The notes beneath the pieces are model-generated. The model was not told the DNA's origin. It searched no databases and worked only from the letters and a program-made list of their open reading frames with translations. DNA of 64,000 nucleotides from Eledone cirrhosa. Taxonomy: Eukaryota. The number at the start of each line of letters is the position of its first letter. Positions within the stretch are counted from its first letter, which is position 1. The stretch covers positions 8,122,001 through 8,186,000 of the forward strand of contig OZ024744.1 of NCBI GenBank assembly GCA_964016885.1, given 5' to 3'. The position numbers and the translations under genes are program-made. Positions 51,601 to 63,400 of this stretch are shown piece after piece.

Positions 51601-53723
51601 TGCTAGTATAGGTAGAGGGTGTGACACCATACTAGGGTGGTAGATTGGTAGTATTGATAGAGGGTGTGACACCATACTAGGGTGGTGGATTGGTAGTATA
51701 GGTAGAAGGTGTGACACCATACTAGGGTGGTAGATTGGTTGTATAGGTAGAGGGTGTGATACCATACTAGGGTGGTGGAGTGACAGTATAGCTAGAGGGT
51801 GTGACACCATACTAGCGTGTTAGATTGGTAGTATTGGTAGAGGGTGTGACACCATGGTAAGGTGGTGGATTGGTAGTATTGATAGAGGGTGTGACACCAT
51901 ACTAGGGTGGTGTATTGGTAGAGGTTGTGACACAATACTAGGGTGGTGGATTGGTAGTATTGGTAGAGTATGTGAAACCATGTTAGTGTGGTGGATTGGT
52001 AGTATTGGTAGAGGGTGTGACACCATGTTAGGGTGGTGGATTGGTAGTATAGGTAGAGGGTGTGACACCATGTTAGGCTGGCTGATTGGTAGTATTGGTA
52101 GAGGGTGGGACACCATACTAGTATGGTGGATTGGTAGTATAGGTAGAGGGTGTGATACCATACTAGGGTGGTAGATTGGTATTATTGGTAGAGGGTGTGA
52201 CACCATACTAGGTGGTGGATTGGTAGTATAGGTAGAGGGTGTGACACCATACTAGGGTGGTGGATTGGTAGTATTGGTAGAGGGTGCGACACCATACTAG
52301 GTTGGTGGATTGGTAGTATAGGTAAAGGGTGTGACACCATACTAGGGTGGTGGATTGGTAGTATAGGTAGAGGGTGTGACACCATACTAGGGTGGTTTAT
52401 TGGTAGTATTGGTAGAGGGTGTGACACTATACTAGGGTGGTGGATAGGTAGTATAGGTAGAGGGTGTGACACCATACTAGTGTGGTGTATTGGTAGTATA
52501 GGTAGAGGGTGTGACACCATACTAGTGTGGTGGATTGGTAGTATAGGTAGAGGGTGTGACAGCATACTAGGGTGGTGGATTGACAGTATTGGTAGAGGGT
52601 GTGACACCATACTAGGGGGGTAGATAGGTAGTATTGTTAGAGGGTGTGATACCATACTAGGTTGGTGGATTGGTAGTATTGATAGAGGGTGTGACACCAT
52701 ACAAGGGTGGTGGATTGGTAGTATAGGTAGAGGGTGTGACACCATACTAGGGTGGTGGATTGGCAGTATAGGTAGAGGGTGTGACACCATACTCGGTTGG
52801 TGGATTGGTAGTATTGATAGAGGGTGTGACACCATACTAGGGTGGTGGATTGGAAGTATAGGTAGAGGGTGTGATACCATACTCGGGTGGTGAATTGGTA
52901 GTATTAGTAGAGGGTGTGACAGCATACTAGGGTGGTAGATATGCAGTAGAGGGTAGAGGGTGTGACACCATACCAGGGTGGTGGATTGGTAGTATAGGTA
53001 GAGGGTCTGACAACATGTTAGGGTGGTGGATTGGTAGTATTGGTAGAGGGTGTGACACCATACTAGGGTGGTGCATTGGTAGTACAGGTAGAGGGTGTGA
53101 CACCATACTAGGGTGGTAGATTGGTATTATAGGTAGAGGGTGTGACACCATGTTAGGGTGGTGGATTGGTCGTATTGGTAGAGGGTGTGACACCATGTTA
53201 GGGTGGTGGATTGGTAGTATTGGTATAGGGTGTGACACCATACTAGGGTGGTGGATTGGTAGTATTGGTAGAGGGTGTGATACCATACTAGTGTGGTGGA
53301 TTGGTAGTATTAGTAGAGAGTTTGACACCATACTAGGGTGGTAGATTGGAAGTATTGGTAGAGTGTGTGACACCATACTAGGTTGGTTGATTGGTAGTAT
53401 AGGTAAGGGTGTGACACCATACTAGGGTGGTGGATTGCTAGTATACGTAGTGGGTGTGACACCAAACTATGGTAGTGGATTGGTAGTATAGGTAGAGGGT
53501 GTGACACCATACTAGTGTGGTGGATTGGTAGTATAGGTAGAGAGTGTGACATCATACTAGGCTGGTGGATTGACAGTAATGGTAGAGGGTGTGACACCAT
53601 ACTAAGGTGGTAGCTAGGTAGTATTTGTAGAGGGTGTGATACCTTACTAGGGTGGTGGATTGGCAGTATAGGTAGAGGGTGTGACACCATGTTAGGGTGG
53701 TGGATTGGTAGTATTGGTAGAGG
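35840..53723. repeat. Near-identical 8942-bp tandem duplication (35840-44781 / 44782-53723)
   Basis: Every ORF start from 36428 to 44368 has a partner at +8942 (45370 to 53310). Private indels are shared: a 9-bp deletion at about 40200/49142, a 2-bp deletion at about 41463/50405 and a 1-bp deletion at about 42345/51287. The junction falls in a 12-bp identity at 44782-44793. One substitution was noticed (44663 G vs 53605 A). Confidence 0.93.
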
Positions 53724-53905
53724 GTGTGACACCATACTAGGGTGGTAGATTGGTAGTATATGTAGAGGGTGTGACACCATGGTAGGTTGGTAGATTGGTA
53801 GTATTAGTAGAGGGTGTGACACCATACTAGGGTTGTGGATTGGTAGTATTGTTAGAGGGTGTGACACCATAATAGGGTGGTGGATTGGTAGTATTGGTAG
53901 AGGGG

Positions 53906-56900
53906 GTGACACCATACTAGGGTGGTAGATAGGTAGTATTGGTAGAGGGTGTGACACCATACTAGGGTGGTAGATTGGTAGTATAGGTAGAGGGTGTGAC
54001 ACCATACTAGGGTGGTGGATTGGTAGTATTGGTAGAGGGTGAGACACCATGTTAGGGTGGTGGATTGGTAGTATCTGTAGAGGGTGTGACACCATACTTG
54101 GGTGGGGGATTGGCAGTATACTTAGAGGGTGTGACACCATGTTAGGGTGGTGGATTGGTAGTAATGGTAGAGCGTGTGACACCATGTTAGGTTGGTGGAT
54201 TGGTAGTATTGGTAGAGGGTGTGACACCATACTATCGTGGTAGATTGGTAGTATAGGTAGAGGGTATGACTCCATGTTAGGGTGGTAGATTGGTAGCATA
54301 GGTAGAGGTTGTGACACCATGTTAGGGTGGTAGATTGGTAGTATAGGTAGAGGGTGTGACACCATACTAGGGTGGTGGATTGGTAGTATAGGTAGAGGGT
54401 GTGACACCATACTAGGGAGGTGGATTGGTAGTATAGGTAGAGGGTGTGACACGATACAAGGGTGGTAGCTTGGTAGTATTGGTAGAGGGTGTGACAGCAT
54501 ACTAGGGTGGTGGATTGGTAGTATAGATAGAGGGTCTGACACCATGTTAGGGTGGTGGATTGGTAGTATTGTTAGAGGGTGTGACACCATGTTAGGGTGC
54601 TGGATTGGTAGTATTGGTAGAGGGTGTGACACCATACTAGGGTGGTAGATTGTTAGTATTGGTAGAGGGTGTTACACCATACTAGGGTGGTGGATTGGTA
54701 GTATTGGTAGAGGTTGTGACACCATACTAGTTTGGTGGATTGGCAGTATAGGTAGAGGGTGTGACACCATACTAGGGTGATGGATTGGTAGTATTGGTAG
54801 AGGGTCTGACACCATACTAGTGTGGTGGATTGGTAGTATATGTAGAGGGTGTGACACCATACTAGCGTTTTGGATTGACAGTATAGGTAGAGGGTGTGAC
54901 ACCATACTAGGGTGGTAGATTGGTAGTATAGGTAGAGGGTGTGAAACCATGTTAGGGTGGTGGATTGGTAGTATTGGTAGAGGGTGTGACACCATACTAG
55001 GGTGGTAGATTGGTAGTATTTGTAGAGGGTTTGACACCATACTAGGGTGGTTGAGTGACAGTATAAGTAGAGGGTTTTACACCATACTAGGGTGGTTGAT
55101 TGGTAGTATAGGTAAAGGGTGTGACACCATACTAGGGTGGTGGATTGGTAGTATAGGTAGAGGGTATGACACCATAGTAGGGTGGTAGATTGCTGGTATT
55201 GCTAGAGGGTGTGACACCATGGTAGGGCTGTAGATTGGTAGTATTTTTAGAGGAGGTGACACCATACTAGGGTGGTGGATTGGTAGTATAGGTAGAGGGT
55301 GTGACACCATACTAGGCTGGTTGATTGCTAGTATAGGTAGAGGGTGTGACACCATACTAGTGTGCTGGATTGGTAGTATAGGTAGAGGGTGTGACAGCAT
55401 ACTAAGGTGGTGGATTGACAGTATTGGTAGAGGGTGTGACACCATACTAGGGTGGTGGATTAGTAGTATAGGTAGAGGGTTTGACACCATACTAGGGTGG
55501 TAGATAGGTAGTATTGGTAGAGGGTGTGACACCATATGAGGGTTGTAGATTGGTAGTTTTGGTAGAGGGTGTGCCACCATACTAGGGTGGGGGATTGGTA
55601 GTATAGGTAGATGGTGTGACACCATGTTAGGATGGTGGATTGGCAGTATAGATAGAGGGTGTGACACCATACTAGGGAGGTGGATTGTTAGTATTGGTAG
55701 AGGGTCTGACACCATATTAGGGTGGTGGATTGGTAGTATAGTTAGAGGGTGTGACACCATACTAGGGTGGTGGATTGATAGTATTGGTAGAGGGTGTGTC
55801 AGCATACTAGGGTGGTGGATTGGTAGTATAGGTAGAGGGTGTGACACCATGTTAGGGTGGTGGATTGGTATTATTGGTAGAGGGTCTGACACCATACTAG
55901 GTTGGTGGATTGGTAGTATAGGTAGAGGGTGTGACACCATACTAGGGTGGTGGATTCGTAGTGTAGGTAGAGTGTGTGACACCATACTAGGGTGGTGGAT
56001 TGGTAGTAGAGGTAGAGGGTGTGACACCATACTAGGGTGGTGGATTGGTAGTATAGGTAGAGGGTGTGACACCATACTAGGGTGGTAGATAGGTAGTATT
56101 GGTAGAGGGTGTGACACCATACTAGGGTGGTAGATTGGGAGTATAGGTAGAGGGTGTGACAGCATACTAGGGTGGTGGATTGGTAGTATTGGTAGAGGGT
56201 GTGACACCATGTTAGGGTGGTGGATTGGTAGTATCTGTAGAGGGTGTGACACCATACTTGGGTGGGGATTGGCAGTATACTTAGAGGGTGTGACACCATG
56301 TTAGGGTGGTGGATTGGTAGTAATGGTAGAGCGTGTGACACCATGTTAGGTTGGTGGATTGGTAGTATTGGTAGAGGGTGTGACACCATACTATCGTGGT
56401 AGATTGGTAGTATAGGTAGAGGGTATGACTCCATGTTAGGGTGGTAGATTGGTAGCATAGGTAGAGGTTGTGACACCATGTTAGGGTGGTAGATTGGTAG
56501 TATAGGTAGAGGGTGTGACACGATACAAGGGTGGTAGCTTGGTAGTATTGGTAGAGGGTGTGACAGCATACTAGGGTGGTGGATTGGTAGTATAGGTAGA
56601 GGGTCTGACACCATGTTAGGGTGGTGGATTGGTAGTATTGTTAGAGGGTGTGACACCATGTTAGGGTGGTGGATTGGTAGTATTGGTAGAGGGTGTGACA
56701 CCATACTAGGGTGGTAGATTGTTAGTATTGGTAGAGGGTGTTACACCATACTAGGGTGGTGGATTGGTAGTATTGGTAGAGGTTGTGACACCATACTAGT
56801 ATGGTGGATTGGCAGTATAGGTAGAGGGTGTGACATCATACTAGGGTGATGGATTGGTAGTATTGGTAGAGGGTCTGACACCATACTAGTGTGGTGGATT

Positions 56901-58139
56901 GGTAGTATATGTAGAGGGTGTGACACCATACTAGCGTTTTGGATTGACAGTATAGGTAGAGGGTGTGACACCATACTAGGGTGGTAGATTGGTAGTATAG
57001 GTAGAGGGTGTGAAACCATGTTAGGGTGGTGGATTGGTAGTATTAGTAGAGGGTGTGACACCATACTAGGGTGGTAGATTGGTAGTATTTGTAGAGGGTT
57101 TGACACCATACTAGGGTGGTTGAGTGACAGTATAAGTAGAGGGTTTTACACCATACTAGGGTGGTTGATTGGTAGTATAGGTAAAGGGTGTGACACCATA
57201 CTAGGGTGGTGGATTGGTAGTATAGGTAGAGGGTATGACACCATAGTAGGGTGGTAGATTGCTGGTATTGGTAGAGGGTGTGACACCATGGTAGGGCTGT
57301 AGATTGGTAGTATTTTTAGAGGAGGTGACACCATACTAGGGTGGTGGATTGGTAGTATAGTTAGAGGGTGTGACACCATACTAGGCTGGTTGATTGCTAG
57401 TATAGGTAGAGGGTGTGACACCATACTAGTGTGCTGGATTGGTAGTATAGGTAGAGGGTGTGACAGCATACTAAGGTGGTGGATTGACAGTATTGGTAGA
57501 GGGTGTGACACCATACTAGGGTGGTGGATTAGTAGTATAGGTAGAGGGTTTGACACCATACTAGGGTGGTAGATAGGTAGTATTGGTAGAGGGTGTGACA
57601 CCATATGAGGGTTGTAGATTGGTAGTTTTGGTAGAGGGTGTGGCACCATACTAGGGTGGGGGATTGGTAGTATAGGTAGATGGTGTGACACCATGTTAGG
57701 ATGGTGGATTGGCAGTATAGATAGAGGGTGTGACACCATACTAGGGAGGTGGATTGTTAGTATTGGTAGAGGGTCTGACACCATATTAGGGTGGTGGATT
57801 GGTAGTATAGTTAGAGGGTGTGACACCATACTAGGGTGGTGGATTGATAGTATTGGTAGAGGGTGTGTCAGCATACTAGGGTGGTGGATTGGTAGTATAG
57901 GTAGAGGGTGTGACACCATGTTAGGGTGGTGGATTGGTATTATTGGTAGAGGGTCTGACACCATACTAGGTTGGTGGATTGGTAGTATAGGTAGAGGGTG
58001 TGACACCATACTAGGGTGGTGGATTCGTAGTGTAGGTAGAGTGTGTGACACCATACTAGGGTGGTGGATTGGTAGTAGAGGTAGAGGGTGTGACACCATA
58101 CTAGGGTGGTGGATTGGTAGTATAGGTAGAGGGTGTGAC
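53906..58139. repeat. Tandem duplication of about 2.1 kb (53906-56065 / 56066-58139)
   Basis: The offset is 2160 (48 monomers) at the start and 2069 after a 1-bp deletion (about 56265) and a two-monomer loss (about 56520). ORF pairs 54672/56741, 55077/57146, 55321/57390 and 55624/57693 are offset by 2069. Confidence 0.87.
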
Positions 58140-59495
58140 CCCATACTAGTGTGGTGGATTGGTAGTATAGGTAGAGGGTGTGACAGCATACTAGGGTGGT
58201 GGATTGACAGTATAGGTAGAGGGTGTGACACCATACTAGGGTGGTATATAGGTAGTAGTGATAGAGGGTTTGACACCATACTAGGGTGGTAGATAGGTAG
58301 TATTGGTAGAGGGTGTGACACCATGTTAGGGGGGTGGATTGTTGTATTGGTAGAGGGTGTGACGTCATACAAGGGTGGTGGATTGGTAGTATAGGTAGAG
58401 GGTGTGACATCATACTAGGGTGGTAGATAGGTAGTATTGGTAGAGGGTGTGATACCATACTAGGGTGGTGGATTGGTAGTAGTGATAGAGGGTGTGACAC
58501 CATACTAGGGTGGTAGATAGGTAGTATTGGTAAAGGGTGTGACACCATGTTAGTGTGGTGGATTGGTAGTATTGGTAGAGGGTGTGACACCATACTAGGG
58601 TGGTGGATTGGTAGTATAGGTAGAGGGTGTGACACCATACTAGGGTGGTAGATTGGTAGTATAGGTAGAGGGTGTGACACCATGTTAGGGTGGTGGATTG
58701 GTAGTATTGGTAGAGGGTGTGACACCATGTTAGGGTGGTGGATTGGTAGTATAGTTATAGAGTGTGACACCATACTAGGGTGGTGGATTGAAAGTATAGG
58801 TAGAGGGTGTGACACCATACTAGGGCGGTGGGTTGGCAGTATAGGTAGAGGGTGTGACACCATTCTAGTATGGTGGATTGGCAGTATAGGTAGAGGGTGT
58901 GATACCATTCTAGTATGGTGGATTGGTAGTATAGGTAGAGGGTGTGATCCCATACTAGGTTGGTGGATTGGTAGTATAGGTAGAGGGTGTGACACCATAC
59001 TAGGGTGGTGGATTGGTAGTATTGGTAGCGGTTGTGACACCATACTAGGGTGGTAGATAGGTAGTATTTGTAGAGGGTGTGATACCATACTAGGGTGGTG
59101 GATTGGTAGAGTTGGTATAGGGAGTGACACCATATTGGTATGGTGGATTCGTAGTGTAGGTAGAGTGTGTGACACCATACTAGGGTGGTGGATTGGTAGT
59201 ATAGGTAGAGGGTGTGACACCATACTAGGGTGGTGGATTGGTAGTATAGGTAGAGGGTGTGACGCCATACTAGTGTGGTGGATTGGTAGCATAGGTAGAG
59301 GGTGTGACAGCATACTAGGGTGGTGGATTGACAGTATTGGTAGAGGGTGTGACACCATACTAGGGTGGTAGATAGGTAGTAGTGATAGAGGGTCTGACAC
59401 CATATTAGGGTGGTGGATTGGTAGTATAGGTAGAGGGTGTGACACCATACTAGGGTGGTGGATTGATAGTATTGGTAGAGGGTGTGTCAGCATAC

Positions 59496-60485
59496 TAGGG
59501 TGGTGGATTGGTAGTATAGGTAGAGGGTGTGACACCATACTAGGGTGGTGGATTCGTAGTGTAGGTAGAGTGTGTGACACCATACTAGGGTGGTGGATTG
59601 GTAGTATAGGTAGAGGGTGTGACACCATACTAGGGTGGTGGATTGGTAGTATAGGTAGAGGGTGTGACAGCATACTAGGGTGGTGGATTGACAGTATTGG
59701 TAGAGGGTGTGACGTCATACTAGGGTGGTGGATTGGTAGTATAGGTAGAGGGTGTGACACCATACTAGGGTGGTAGATAGGTAGTATTGGTAGAGGGTGT
59801 GATACCATACTAGGGTGGTGGATTGGTAGTAGTGATAGAGGGTGTGACACCATACTAGGGTGGTAGATAGGTAGTATTGGTAAAGGGTGTGACACCATGT
59901 TAGTGTGGTGGATTGGTAGTATAGGTAGAGGGTGTGACACCATACTAGGGTGGTAGATTGGTAGTATAGGTAGAGGGTGTGACACCATGTTAGGGTGGTG
60001 GATTGGTAGTATAGGTAGAGGGTGTGACACCATACTAGGGTGGTGGATTCGTAGTGTAGGTAGAGTGTGTGACACCATACTAGGGTGGTGGATTGGTAGT
60101 ATAGGTAGAGGGTGTGACACCATACTAGGGTGGTGGATTGGTAGTATAGGTAGAGGGTGTGACAGCATACTAGGGTGGTGGATTGACAGTATTGGTAGAG
60201 GGTGTGACGTCATACTAGGGTGGTGGATTGGTAGTATAGGTAGAGGGTGTGACACCATACTAGGGTGGTAGATAGGTAGTATTGGTAGAGGGTGTGATAC
60301 CATACTAGGGTGGTGGATTGGTAGTAGTGATAGAGGGTGTGACACCATACTAGGGTGGTAGATAGGTAGTATTGGTAAAGGGTGTGACACCATGTTAGTG
60401 TGGTGGATTGGTAGTATAGGTAGAGGGTGTGACACCATACTAGGGTGGTAGATTGGTAGTATAGGTAGAGGGTGTGACACCATGT
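59496..60485. repeat. Exact 11-monomer (495-bp) tandem duplication (59496-59990 / 59991-60485)
   Basis: The ordered variants GATTCGTAGTGTAGG (59551/60046), GACGTCATAC, AGTAGTGATAG and GGTAAAGGG repeat at +495. I saw no differences on a by-eye comparison. Confidence 0.88.
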
Positions 60486-63400
60486 TAGGGTGGTGGATTG
60501 GTAGTATTGGTAGAGGTTGAGACACCATGTTAGGGTGTTGGATTGGTAGTATAGGTATAGAGTGTGACACCATACTAGGGTGGTGGATTGACAGTATAGG
60601 TAGAGGGTGTGACACCATACTAGGGTGGTGGATTGGTAGTATTGGTAGCGGTTGTGACACCATACTAGGGTGGTAGATAGTTAGTATTTGTAGAGGGTGT
60701 GATACCATACTAGGGTGGTGATTTGGTAGAATTGGTATAGGGTGTGACACCATATTGGTATGGTGGATTCGTAGTGTAGGTAGAGTGTGTGACACCATAC
60801 TAGGGTGGTGGATTGGTAGTATAGGTAGAGGGTGTGACACCATACTAGGGTGGTGGATTGGTAGTATAGGTAGAGGGTGTGACCCCATACTAGTGTGGTG
60901 GATTGGTAGTGTAGGTAGAGGGTGTCACAGTATACTAGGGTGGTGGATTGACAGTATTGCTAGAGGGTGTGACACCATACTAGTGTGGTAGATAGGTAGT
61001 AGTGATAGAGGGTTTGACACCATACTAGGGTGGTAGATAGGTAGTATTGGTAGAGGGTGTTACACCATGTTAGAGTGGTGGATTGTTGTATTGGTAGAGG
61101 GTGTGACGTCATACTAGGGTGGTGGATTGGTAGTATAGGTAGAGGGTGTGACACCATACTAGGGTGGTAGATTGGTAGTATAGGTAGAGGGTGTGACACC
61201 ATGTTAGGGTGGTGGATTGGTAGTATTTGTATAGGGTGTGACACCATACTAGGGTGGTGGATTGGTAGTATTGGTAGAGGGTGTGACACCATACTAGTGT
61301 GGTGGATTGGTAGTATAGGTAGAGGGTGTGACACCATACTAGGGTGGTAGATTGGTAGTATAGGTAGAGGGTGCGACACCATGTTAGGGTGGTGGATTGG
61401 TAGTATTGGTAGAGGGTGTGACAACATGTTAGGGTGGTGGATTGGTAGTATAGGTAGAGGGTGTGACACCATACTAGGGTGGTGGATTGTTAGTATTGGT
61501 AGAGGGTGTGATCCCATACTAGTGTGGTGGATTGGTAGTATAGGTAGAGGGTGTGACACCATACCAGGTGGTGGATTGGTGGTGTAGGTAGAGGGTGTGA
61601 CACCACACTAGGGTGGTGGATTGGTAGTACTGGTAGCGGTTGTGACACCATACTAGGGTGGTAGATTGGTAGTATTGGTAGAGGGTGTGATACCATAATA
61701 GGGTGGTGGATTGACAGTATATGTAGAGGGTGTGACAGCATACTAGGTTGGTGGATTAGTAGTATAGGTAGAGGGTGTGACACCATACTAGGGTGGTGGA
61801 TTGCTAGTATAGGTAGAGGGCGTGACACCAAACTATGGTAGTGGATTGGTAGTATAGGTAGAGGGTGTGACACCATACTAGTGTGGTGGATTGGTAGTAT
61901 AGTTAGAGTGTGTGACAGCATACTAGGGTGGTGGATTGGTATTAATGTTAGAGGGTGTGACACCATGTTAGGGTGGTGGATTGGTAGTATTGGTAGAGGG
62001 TGTGACACCATACTAGGGTGGTAGATTGTTAGTATTGGTAGAGGGTGCTACACCATACTAGGGTGGTGGATTGCTAGTATTGGTAGTGGGTGTGACACCA
62101 AACTATGGTAGTGGATTGGTAGTATAGGTAGAGGGTGTGACAGCACACTAGCGTGGAGAATTGACAGTATTGGTAGAGGGTGAGACACCATACTAGGGTG
62201 GTAGCTAGGTAGTATTTGTAGAGGGTGTGATACCATACTAGGGTGGTGGATTGATAGTATTGGTATAGGGTGTGATACCATACTAGGGTGGTAGATAGGT
62301 AGTATTGTTAGAGGGTATGACACCATACTAGGGTGGTTGATCGGCAGAATATGTAGAGGGTGTGACACCATGTTAGGGTGGTGGATTGGTTGTATTGGTA
62401 GAGGGTGTGACACCATACTAGGGTGGTAGATTGGTAGTATAGGTAGAGGGTGTGACACCATGGTAGGGTGGTAGATTGGTAGTATTAGTAGAGGGTGTGA
62501 CACCATACTAGGGTGGCGGATTGGTAGTATTGATAGAGGGTGTGACACCATACTAGGGCGGTAGATAGGTAGTATTGGTAGAGGGTGTGACACCATACTA
62601 GGGTGGTAGATTGGTAGTATTGGTAGAGGGTGTGACACCATACTTGGGTGGGGGATTGGCAGTATAGGTAGAGGGTGTGACACCATACAAGGGTGGTAGA
62701 TTGGTAGTATTGTTAGAGGGTGTGAAACCATAATAGGGTGGTGGATTGGTAGTATTGGTAGAGGGTGTGACACCATACTAGGGTGGTAGATAGGTAGTAT
62801 TGCTAGAGCGTGTGACACCATACTAGGGTGGTAGATTGGTAGTATAGGTAGAGGGTGTGACACCATACTAGGGTGGTGGATTGGTAGTATAGGTAGAGGG
62901 TCTGACACCATGTTAGGGTGGTGGATTGATAGTATTGTTAGAGGGTGTGACACCATGTTAGGGTGGTGGATTGGTAGTATTGGTAGAGGGTGTGACACCA
63001 TACTAGGGTGGTAGATTGTTAGTATTGGTAGAGGGTGCTACACCATACTAGGGTTGTGGATTGGTAGTTTTGGTAGAGGGTGTGACACCATACTAGTATG
63101 GTGGATTGACAGTATAGGTAGAGGGTGTGTCACCATACTATGGTGATGGATTGGTAGTAATGGTAGAGGGTCTGACACCATACTAGGGTGGTGGATTGGT
63201 AGTATAGGTAGAGGGTGTGACACCATACTAGCGTTTTGGATTGACAGTATAGGTAGTGGGTTTGACGCCATATTAGGGTGGTAGATTGGTAGTATAGGTA
63301 GAGGGTGTGAAACCCTGTTAGGGTGTTGGATTGGTAGTCTTGGTAGAGAGTGTGACACCATACTAGGCTGGTAGATTGGTAGTATTTGTAGAGGGTATGA

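Larger units (their letters stand above)
8680..54975. repeat. Central higher-order-repeat domain built from an about 11.0-kb (about 245-monomer) master unit
   Basis: An intact period is measured at 29921 to 40936 (11015) and at ORF starts 31123 to 42136 (11013). The offset 9039 to 28627 = 19588 = 11005 + 4813 + 3770, and 6685 + 4330 = 11015. The same ordered set of rare variant monomers recurs throughout. Confidence 0.8.
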
